Both the position numbers and the translations under genes were made by a program. Shown here piece by piece: positions 54,086-61,840 of a stretch of DNA of 64,000 nt (positions within the stretch are counted from its first letter, which is position 1; each line of letters begins with the position of its first letter). Under the pieces are notes generated by a model, which was given only the letters and a program-made list of their open reading frames with translations, was not told the DNA's origin and searched no databases. Source of the DNA: a virus. Taxonomy: Duplodnaviria > Heunggongvirae > Uroviricota > Caudoviricetes. The DNA lies in IMG/VR virus record IMGVR_UViG_3300022719_000283, positions 188,067 through 252,066 of that record. One strand, given 5' to 3'.

Positions 54086-54766
54086 CTACCCTTTCTGTTT
54101 CGGAGGGGCGTCCCACCCGAGGTGACGCTCACGCCACGCAGCACAGTCCTGAGAGTGCTCGCCCGCGAAGGCCGGAGGGCTCACCGACCCGCAGCCGTCG
54201 CACCGGAACGAGAAAACGAACGCACCCCGCTCGTCCTCTCCCGTCTTCACGACCGTGAAGTCGCCGCGACACAGACCTGGAACAACCCGGAACCTCGTGT
54301 CCAGGGTCGTTCGCACTGTCCTCGTCGCGGGACGGTCGGAGAAGTCTGGCAAGTCGATGTGCCAGCGCAGCAGGTAGGAGCCGACCGCGACCTCGTCCTT
54401 CGGAACCAGCAGAGAGGCGTAATACACGTCGTCCTCGTCGAGGACCGGGACGCGCTCCTCTGGACCGATAAGCCCGAGAACCCCGTGAGGCACTTCGCTC
54501 ACGTCCACGTAGTAGAGGCTGTACCGGACGCGCCTCGCGAGCGGAAAGTGGATCGCCAGGTCCCGACGCCCCAGCTCCTGCCCGAGGACGAAAGTGGAAT
54601 GGGCCCCCAGCGTCTCCATGAGCCGGTCGGGGGAGCGCTCGTCGCCAGGAGGGTCAAGAGGACACGGGACGTACAGCGGCCTCCCGCGGGCGATCCCAGG
54701 CACGAGGGCCACGGCTGCTCCGGCCCCGACGGTCTTCACGAAGGTGCGGCGGTCCATGACGCCCAT
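54086..54766 (-). CDS. Tat-signal (twin-arginine) secreted protein
   Basis: Start set at the internal MGVMDRRTFVKTVGAGAAVALVPGIARG, which gives an RRxFVK twin-arginine motif, a hydrophobic core and an AxA cleavage site. Copy A of the conserved upstream element lies immediately 5'. Confidence 0.55.
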   Translation of the reverse strand: MGVMDRRTFVKTVGAGAAVALVPGIARGRPLYVPCPLDPPGDERSPDRLMETLGAHSTFVLGQELGRRDLAIHFPLARRVRYSLYYVDVSEVPHGVLGLIGPEERVPVLDEDDVYYASLLVPKDEVAVGSYLLRWHIDLPDFSDRPATRTVRTTLDTRFRVVPGLCRGDFTVVKTGEDERGAFVFSFRCDGCGSVSPPAFAGEHSQDCAAWRERHLGWDAPPKQKG

Positions 54767-54938
54767 TCTACCCCTTCGGAGGGCGTCCCATCTTTTTACG
54801 TTCCTGGCCAGCGATCCTGCACCACCGGAACACCAGGACGGCTGGTCCCGTGCGCCTTTTATTTTAACACCACGGAACACAGGAGACTCGGTTCTATACC
54901 CCATCTCTCCTAATTCGTCGCGGGACATGCCGCAGCCG

Positions 54939-55598
54939 TCATCGACGACCGTGCGGCAGTAAACTCCCAATCCCAGTTTCCGCCTCCCACGCCTCGGAGA
55001 ACTCCCGGTCCCGGAACGCCTCAGCCAGCCCCGTGATCTGCTTGAGTCTAAGAACCTCATCCGGGTCCATCCCGAGCTCCTCGCTGATCCTCTCGTTGGT
55101 CCAGTGGTGCTTCGTCAGGGACGTGACGAGCTTCGCGCTGAGCTCGACTTGGTGCGTGCCTCGCGCCATGTTGTGGCGCACCGTGGAGGTCATGCGATCC
55201 TCGATCGACTTCTCCAGCTCCACCAGAGGCACATACCCGGCCAGGCTCTCCTGCACCTCCTCGCACGTCTGGATGACCGTGGTCCGGTGAAAACCGTCCA
55301 CGACGACATGCTTCTCGAGACCCTCGTCGTAGGCCGCCACCACGGGCATCGTCATTCCATCCTTCCGGATCGAGAACTCCAAGAGACGCATCTCCGGAGG
55401 AGCGACCACGTTGGGGTTGTAGTCGTTCCCCTTCACCTGGTCGGCCTTCACGAGTTTCACGCCGGTGACCGGGTGCGGGAGACCCAAGAAGTCCTTCATC
55501 GTCTGAGAGACCTCGTTGAAGATCTCCACACGCTCGTCCACGTTCAGGTCTCCGCACTCCTTGAGAAGGGCGCGAAGTTTCTCAGCTACGTTGCTCAT
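54939..55598 (-). CDS. ParB/Srx-like nuclease-domain protein (IbrB-like)
   Basis: DYNPNVVAPPE...VVVDGFHR resembles the ParB N-terminal domain (DGHHR/GxxR region). It is paired and slightly overlapping with a PAPS-reductase-like gene, as in IbrA/IbrB. Confidence 0.45.
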   Translation of the reverse strand: MSNVAEKLRALLKECGDLNVDERVEIFNEVSQTMKDFLGLPHPVTGVKLVKADQVKGNDYNPNVVAPPEMRLLEFSIRKDGMTMPVVAAYDEGLEKHVVVDGFHRTTVIQTCEEVQESLAGYVPLVELEKSIEDRMTSTVRHNMARGTHQVELSAKLVTSLTKHHWTNERISEELGMDPDEVLRLKQITGLAEAFRDREFSEAWEAETGIGSLLPHGRR

Positions 55599-56886
55599 GT
55601 TCCTCCGAGAAGCTCGCTATCAGGGCGAGCTGCCTGCTCATCTCACGCTTCGTTTGACTGAAACTCAAACCCTTTGCCCAGTAATCGTTCTTCAGAAGGA
55701 CCTTCACGATCCTGCGCCACGAGGGAACCTTCCTCTGAGACTCCATCTTGGGGTCCGCCTCATCGGGAATCGGCGGGTAGGAGACCCCCAGCTTCTTCTC
55801 GCCATTCGCGTACCACCACGCGAGGAACTTGTCGATCTTCTCGCGGTAGTGGGCGGCGAGATAGGGAGGCATCGTGTCCAGAAGGAAGTTGGCGTAGCTC
55901 TCGTAGGTGTGGCCGGGAGGAAGAGACACCTTGAAGTTGCCGAACACAGTACCTCTGGTCTTGCTGTACCGGCACCCGAAATTCGCCCCCTCGACACGCG
56001 TCACCACGCGAATCCACGTCTCCGGCTCGAGAAGTCGGAAAAGGTAGAGACCCTTGCGCTGGTCGTCTCCGTACGGCTGACACAGCCGCTGCTGCGAGAG
56101 GGGGACACCGGCGAGGTGCATGAGATCGTAGATCTCGTTGTAGTCCCACCCGAACTTTCCGTTGGCCGTCCAGACGTCCTCCGTCCTCCAGTCGTAGATG
56201 GGGAAGGCGGTGTAAGTGTCCCTCGTCTGCCGGGTGGTCCACGGGCGCCCTCCGAGCGTCTCCTTGCGATCGTTGATGAGCGTCCGGAACCGGTTGAGGC
56301 TCTCGTCGCTCCGGATGCCCACCAAGCAGCATGTCCTGCGCCCGTCGGCGATCCACTCCCCGAACTCCGGGACGAAGTCCTCGAACTCCATGCCCCTGTA
56401 GAAGAAAGGATAGTGCGTCTCGCTCGAGACGACCCCGGGAGCCTCGGGCATCGGCCGCACCCACGCGTCCTTCTTGTCCGGATTCCAGCACAGCCAGTGC
56501 GGTTGAACCTGGCTCACAGCATTGCGGAGGTGCAAGGGGAGACACACCCAGTGGGGGCGTACCTCGGGCCGGGCAAGTGTCCTCTCCACGTACCGGATGG
56601 TGTGGGCGTACTGGGCCTCGAGGTCCACAAGAAGCACGTCGAGGGGGAGCCGGCCGCGCTCCCGGGCAACCTCGACGGCGAGGTTGAGGAGAACCCCGGA
56701 GTCCTTTCCCCCGGAGAACGAGAGGTACACGTGCTCGAACTCATCGAACACCTCGTGCAGGCGCTCCACGGCCGCGTCGTAAACACTTTTCCCTAGCGGT
56801 CTCTTCGGCATCCTCCCACCTTGTACTCCGACGAAGAAAACACGAAGATTATGCCCCCCGCGTCCTCTTGAGCGCCGCACGCTCAC
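55582..56886 (-). CDS. PAPS-reductase / PP-loop ATPase-family protein (IbrA- or DndC-like)
   Basis: YLSFSGGKDSGVLLNL is the PP-loop SGGxDS. Followed by a long C-terminal extension typical of phage PAPS-reductase-like proteins. Confidence 0.7.
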   Translation of the reverse strand: MSVRRSRGRGGHNLRVFFVGVQGGRMPKRPLGKSVYDAAVERLHEVFDEFEHVYLSFSGGKDSGVLLNLAVEVARERGRLPLDVLLVDLEAQYAHTIRYVERTLARPEVRPHWVCLPLHLRNAVSQVQPHWLCWNPDKKDAWVRPMPEAPGVVSSETHYPFFYRGMEFEDFVPEFGEWIADGRRTCCLVGIRSDESLNRFRTLINDRKETLGGRPWTTRQTRDTYTAFPIYDWRTEDVWTANGKFGWDYNEIYDLMHLAGVPLSQQRLCQPYGDDQRKGLYLFRLLEPETWIRVVTRVEGANFGCRYSKTRGTVFGNFKVSLPPGHTYESYANFLLDTMPPYLAAHYREKIDKFLAWWYANGEKKLGVSYPPIPDEADPKMESQRKVPSWRRIVKVLLKNDYWAKGLSFSQTKREMSRQLALIASFSEEHEQRS

Positions 56887-58054
56887 TTTTGGAGATTGCA
56901 GTAATCCCGTACTTCTTTCGTCGAGACCGGATCGGCATTTTACTTACGCCGTAGAGGTCTCCGATCTCCGTGTCGGTGAGAAGCTCCTTTTGGTAGAGAC
57001 GGGCGAGCTCCTCCCCCGTCAAGGTCGAGAGCCGGAGACCTCCCTCCTGCCGCCGTTCTTTTCGTTCTTGATTAGAGACCGACGGGATGCCCCACTTCCT
57101 CCGAACACGCGCCACCGCAGCTCCATCGAAAGGAGGGTCTACACCCGCCTCCCGAGACAATAAAAGCGCAATTTCCCCGTCTGTCTTCAGTTCCCCTTCG
57201 TATAGGTCCCTGAGTAGGTCCGGGGTCAGCAAAGAAATGAGTTCTCCTCTGCGCGCACTGCCTCTTGCGGACCCGGGACGGCGAACCCCCAGCCGAGGCT
57301 GAGGCAGTTTAGCCCCCATGCAAACGGGCATGTGCTCTCGGACGAGAGCGAAAAAGCGATCATCTTGCCCAGAAAAGGTGAGGCTTTTAGCGCCATTGCC
57401 CGGGTGAACCGTTGCGCTCAGATCCAAAGCCTCAAGCGCCTCCAAAGCCCGCTCCAAACTAAGGTTATCGAGCCCGAAGGTGATCCTCGGGTAGTACCGG
57501 TTCATGATCCCCCCATCATCCATGTACCACACCGCAAGTACAAAGGGGTCTATGATCTCAGGCAGCGTAGCCGGAAACACACGATGCCCGGAGGTGTAAA
57601 AAAGATCGTAAAAAGGACGAAGCCTTGTTGTCGAAACCGTGGCAAAGTTCCAAGCGTGGAACTCCCGACCGTCCTCCCCTCGCTTCGTAGAAGGATAGCG
57701 CGACGAAACGTAAGGACCCAAGAGGTCCGCTTTCCAGTCCGTATACTCTCGCTGTTTTAGGGAGTGTCCCTCCGAAAAACGTGCGGTGGTCGGACTGGGG
57801 GCTGACATGCTCCCATCCCCCAAAAGGGACCCGATGATGAGGCTTCTCTGTCTTGACGAAAGCTCGTCAAGTTGCTTTTCAATCCGCCCCGTCTTACCCA
57901 AATTCTCCAGCCCGTGTCGCGCCTTGAACCGGTTCACAGCCACTTGGTAAGTCCCGTATCGCTCGGCGATCTGGGACTCTGTCAGGAGCTCATCGTAGTA
58001 AAGTCGTTGAAAGTCTTCGACCGTAAGGTCTTCAATAGGCACGGTGCCTATCAT
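56849..58054 (-). CDS. LAGLIDADG homing endonuclease (two motifs, monomeric type) with flanking HTH modules
   Basis: LIIGSLLGDGS and LAVWYMDDGG are the two LAGLIDADG motifs. HTH-like LYYDELLTESQIAERYG (N-terminus) and LYQKELLTDTEIGDLYG (C-terminus). Confidence 0.8.
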   Translation of the reverse strand: MIGTVPIEDLTVEDFQRLYYDELLTESQIAERYGTYQVAVNRFKARHGLENLGKTGRIEKQLDELSSRQRSLIIGSLLGDGSMSAPSPTTARFSEGHSLKQREYTDWKADLLGPYVSSRYPSTKRGEDGREFHAWNFATVSTTRLRPFYDLFYTSGHRVFPATLPEIIDPFVLAVWYMDDGGIMNRYYPRITFGLDNLSLERALEALEALDLSATVHPGNGAKSLTFSGQDDRFFALVREHMPVCMGAKLPQPRLGVRRPGSARGSARRGELISLLTPDLLRDLYEGELKTDGEIALLLSREAGVDPPFDGAAVARVRRKWGIPSVSNQERKERRQEGGLRLSTLTGEELARLYQKELLTDTEIGDLYGVSKMPIRSRRKKYGITAISKSERAALKRTRGA

Positions 58055-58096
58055 ACCCTATCTGAAAACATACGCAAACAGTCGGGTAGTTTCTTC

Positions 58097-59068
58097 TTAG
58101 GACTCATATTGCGGGTTTCCTTTGGCCCGGAGGTGCTCAATGCCATGCCTTCGAAGATGGCGGTCGATCGTCGAAGCCCCAACTCCAAGGATCTTCCCCA
58201 TACGTCGAAGAGGAACTCCGTCGGCCGCCAACTCACGCAGGGCAACTGGGTCTAGCCTTTCCTTGATCCGGTTGTTTCGACCACTGTTGTAGCCAAAACC
58301 GCTGAGTTTGTGTCTCATGCACTCGGGGACGTGAGGCGTGATGATTTCCAAGAAGCGACCGGCCGTGTCTTCCCTCTCCATGTGAAAAGCCCCAGTCTCA
58401 CGTCCGTCCTTCTCTTTAACAGGCTGCCACCTGGGGCTAAGTTTGAACCTTTCAAAGATGGCCCACGCGATCTTTCGGCTCTCGGCAGTCCCTCCGAACG
58501 TGATGTCTGGCCACCAGCAAACACACCCGTCATCGAGATACCAGAGGGCAAGAGCGAGATCGTCCACATGGTCCACGATCTCTGGAGACAGAATTTTCCA
58601 TCCCTTATATCGACTCTCGTAAAACAGGCGTTGCCACTTGTTGAGACTTGGATGGGCGACCGTGTTGAAGCGCCATGCTCGGTAGTTTTTACCCCTCACG
58701 GTCTTGTCATTGTACTGAGGCTCAGACTGAACCCAAGGACCCCACCTCCGCATCTTCCAGTCGAGGTAGGGTCTCTGCTCATCACTATGGCGCTCGGTGT
58801 AGTGGGTCGCGTTGGTGCGGTGGACGAGTCTCCCGTCGCCCAGCATAGAGCCCACAAGAAGGGACTTGAGGCACCCCTCAATGGGCGGTACGTCATGACG
58901 CTCCCACCTCTGAAGCGTGCGGATGCCAAAGCGCTTGCGCCACGTCCGGACGCGCTTGGCGGTAGTTTCCTTTCCGATGCGGACCGCGATCTCTTCGTCG
59001 GTGAGCTTCTCGACGAGATAAAGCTGCTCAAGTTCAGACTTGCTGACGGGACAGAGGATCGACCTCAC
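58097..59068 (-). CDS. LAGLIDADG homing endonuclease (second of three)
   Basis: LLVGSMLGDG and LALWYLDDG motifs. HTH-like modules at both ends. Confidence 0.8.
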   Translation of the reverse strand: MRSILCPVSKSELEQLYLVEKLTDEEIAVRIGKETTAKRVRTWRKRFGIRTLQRWERHDVPPIEGCLKSLLVGSMLGDGRLVHRTNATHYTERHSDEQRPYLDWKMRRWGPWVQSEPQYNDKTVRGKNYRAWRFNTVAHPSLNKWQRLFYESRYKGWKILSPEIVDHVDDLALALWYLDDGCVCWWPDITFGGTAESRKIAWAIFERFKLSPRWQPVKEKDGRETGAFHMEREDTAGRFLEIITPHVPECMRHKLSGFGYNSGRNNRIKERLDPVALRELAADGVPLRRMGKILGVGASTIDRHLRRHGIEHLRAKGNPQYES

Positions 59069-59081
59069 CGAAAAACGCTCC

Positions 59082-59963
59082 TTACACCTTAACCAGTTTG
59101 CGCCTCATTGAGGGAAGAATGTGGGGGGCCACGATCGGCCAGAACTTCTCAGGTTCCATCACTCGCAGGTGCCACTCCTTGGCATACCTCCTGGCCGAAA
59201 ACTCCAAACTGAAAATCTCAGACACCACAGGCGCGATAGGCTCAAGATCAATCTGAAGCCCCACATGAAACACAGCCGTGTTTCGGTTCTTTGAGCCATC
59301 GCCCATGTACCACACAGCGAGAGCCAGAGGAGTCAGCCTCTCCGCCGTCCGGGGAGTCAAAGTCTTGTGCCCCTTCCCACTCGGGTAAAACTCGCGCCGC
59401 CATGAGGAGAGCGCGCGACAGCTCCACGTTCCCATCGAGCAGACGCCAAGCTTCTCGAGTTCTCGCACCCTTGAGGTGAGAGGCGAAAACTCGCAAGCCT
59501 TCCACTCCACGAACTCCTTCTGAGCGGTCGAGTGTCCACAGTGGTAGTAAGCGCTGCGGTCCGAAGTTCCCCAAAGACCCCCATCCCCGAACATCTCGCC
59601 GAGCAGTACCTCCTCTTGACGACCCGTGAGGCGGTAACCTGCAACCCACTCCGGAGGCGACGGACGATATTCCGGCCACTGGTACCCATTGCGACGCAGG
59701 AGACGTGCTACCGAGGTGCGGTTGATTCCCATGTCGCTGGCAACAGCGGTCATGGTCTCGCCGTTTTCTAGACGCCTCACGATCTGGATGCACTGGTCCG
59801 GATCGAGTCCCTTCTTGTTCGTCTTCGACGGGATACCATGTCTCCTGCGCCACTCTCGGAGACGACTACGACCTACTCGGAGCATCCTCGCCACCTCGTA
59901 GTCGTTGAACCCCTCCACGAGGAACATGTGACGCAGTTGATCGTCGTCGAGTTCGACGCTCAC
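59082..59963 (-). CDS. LAGLIDADG homing endonuclease (third of three)
   Basis: LLGEMFGDGGL and LAVWYMGDGS motifs. N-terminal HTH-like modules. Confidence 0.8.
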   Translation of the reverse strand: MSVELDDDQLRHMFLVEGFNDYEVARMLRVGRSRLREWRRRHGIPSKTNKKGLDPDQCIQIVRRLENGETMTAVASDMGINRTSVARLLRRNGYQWPEYRPSPPEWVAGYRLTGRQEEVLLGEMFGDGGLWGTSDRSAYYHCGHSTAQKEFVEWKACEFSPLTSRVRELEKLGVCSMGTWSCRALSSWRREFYPSGKGHKTLTPRTAERLTPLALAVWYMGDGSKNRNTAVFHVGLQIDLEPIAPVVSEIFSLEFSARRYAKEWHLRVMEPEKFWPIVAPHILPSMRRKLVKV

Positions 59964-60095
59964 CTCATGACTTTACCAGATCAAAAACTTGACTTCCTCC
60001 CCTGCCTGAAGGCCGGGGACTTTCTCGCTCAACCCGGGTAAAAAGAGACCCCCACTCCGAAGAGCAGGGGTCTCTTACCGTCTAGGCTAGCAGGA

Positions 60096-60974
60096 CTAAC
60101 GGGTGACGGTGAGGCGCGTGAGGCCGCGGGGGTTGTAAGCCCCGATGCCGAGGTTCTCGAAGACCGAGAACCCGATGGTGCGCGCCTTGGGATCGTCCGC
60201 GGACAGGACCGTGAGCTCCGTGCGAACAGGGATGCGGCCAAACATCTCTGGCTCGCAGCACACGTAGACCGTGCCGGCGGGCACGATGCGGCTCGTGATG
60301 ACCTGGGCACCCCAGAGGGTAGCCTGAAGGCCGGTCTTGAGCAGCGTCGCCTGGCTCTCGATGTCCAGGATGTCCCGACCGAACTTGCGGATGTCGGCGT
60401 AGTCCCTGGCATTCATGTACACGCGCGCGACCCGGAGGTCGTGGCGCTCGATGAGAGCGAAGGCGTCGGCCAGCACAGCACCCGAGATCGGAGCGACCAC
60501 GGGAATGTCCGGGTTGAGACCACCGGGCAACGAATCGAAGCCGTTGGTGGCGATGGCATCCAGAACAGCGAAGACACGCTCGTCCTCGGCGGCCTGGATC
60601 TGCGCACGGGCAAGATCCTGGGCACGCTCGATGAGGTCGAAACGACGCTCCTTGATCTGGGTGAGCGGGATCTCGGGGTTCGAGGCAATCTCGAACAGCG
60701 GGAAGATCACACGACGCGGCTTGGTGACCGCGATGATGTTCTCGCCCTCTTCACCGACCACGTAGGCGGTGACATCGGGATCCTTGTCGTAGATCGGCAG
60801 GGCACCATCGGGAAGCTGCTCGACCAAGAAGGTCTTGCGGCCAACCGAAGTGTAGTCCCGTCGAGTACGAAGGGGTTGGGTGAGAGAAGCTGCGAGCTTG
60901 GCACGACCGGTTGGGGTCTTGATGTACTCGGAGATCAGCTTCTGCTTGACTGCGTTGGAAACACCAGTGGGCAT
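60096..60974 (-). CDS. HK97-fold major-capsid-protein-like (292 aa)
   Basis: Position: downstream of an acidic scaffold-like gene and a decoration-like gene. Size and composition fit. A conserved ILDIE...GLQATLWG region is present. No search was run, so the call is moderate. Confidence 0.5.
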   Translation of the reverse strand: MPTGVSNAVKQKLISEYIKTPTGRAKLAASLTQPLRTRRDYTSVGRKTFLVEQLPDGALPIYDKDPDVTAYVVGEEGENIIAVTKPRRVIFPLFEIASNPEIPLTQIKERRFDLIERAQDLARAQIQAAEDERVFAVLDAIATNGFDSLPGGLNPDIPVVAPISGAVLADAFALIERHDLRVARVYMNARDYADIRKFGRDILDIESQATLLKTGLQATLWGAQVITSRIVPAGTVYVCCEPEMFGRIPVRTELTVLSADDPKARTIGFSVFENLGIGAYNPRGLTRLTVTR

Positions 60975-60990
60975 TTTCTTTTCTCCTTTC

Positions 60991-61650
60991 CTAGACGCGC
61001 TGGTCGTAGACCAACTCGAACTGCTCCGAGTCGGGCGGCATCTTCAGGATAGCCAGCAGGGTTGAGGCAGCATTGCCGTTGGCCACTTCGGACGCGATGG
61101 TTGCGGTGTCCAGGGAGATCGCAGCACCGGTCTGGGTGGTGACTCGCATCATCAGGTAGCCATTGCGCGAGGCGATGAGCTCCTGACCAGCCGTGTAGAT
61201 GAGGTCGTCGCCAGCGGCGATCGCACCTGCGGCGTCGAGGGCTTGCGTCTCGAACAAGGCGTTCCCATACGTGCCCTGACCGGACATGTAGGGACCCTTA
61301 CCGGAAGCGGGTCCCGGCTGGTTTTCGAAGGCGTTGCCCACGGCGGTGTTGATGAAACATCCCAGAGGACGGATCAGAATGTTGTCGGGCGCGCCGGGTT
61401 CGACGGGTCCACCAACAAAGTTTGATCCTTGGTCGGGACGGGTGAAGGCGACGGAACCGCTCAGGACACCGGAAACACCGGTGTTGGTCTGAGTCGAAAC
61501 CGTCCCCGCGGTCGTGACGATGGGCGGGTTGGTCTGCGTGAAGGCATCCGCGGTCAGAACACCGACCGTGTTGCGCACTCCAGGGTGCAGGAGTCGAAGG
61601 GCTGAGGAGCTCTCCGTAAACCCACCACTCGCCTGTCCAAGTAGAGGCAT
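60991..61650 (-). CDS. Capsid decoration / auxiliary structural protein candidate (219 aa)
   Basis: Sits between the scaffold-like and capsid-like genes. Gly/Thr/Ala-rich. Confidence 0.4.
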   Translation of the reverse strand: MPLLGQASGGFTESSSALRLLHPGVRNTVGVLTADAFTQTNPPIVTTAGTVSTQTNTGVSGVLSGSVAFTRPDQGSNFVGGPVEPGAPDNILIRPLGCFINTAVGNAFENQPGPASGKGPYMSGQGTYGNALFETQALDAAGAIAAGDDLIYTAGQELIASRNGYLMMRVTTQTGAAISLDTATIASEVANGNAASTLLAILKMPPDSEQFELVYDQRV

Positions 61651-61840
61651 TTTGCTCGTACTCCTTGTTTACTGGTCGAGTGAGTTGGGGATCGTGTCGG
61701 CTGTTCTCACCATGAGCACATTTCACGTTACCGACCCGAACCTCGTCTGTTCACATAATTGGGCCCACGTATCGGGGCTTTACCGAGGCCGAGGGGTCTT
61801 ATAGGGAAACTAAAAATCCCCTCGGCCTGGAGTTTGAAGA

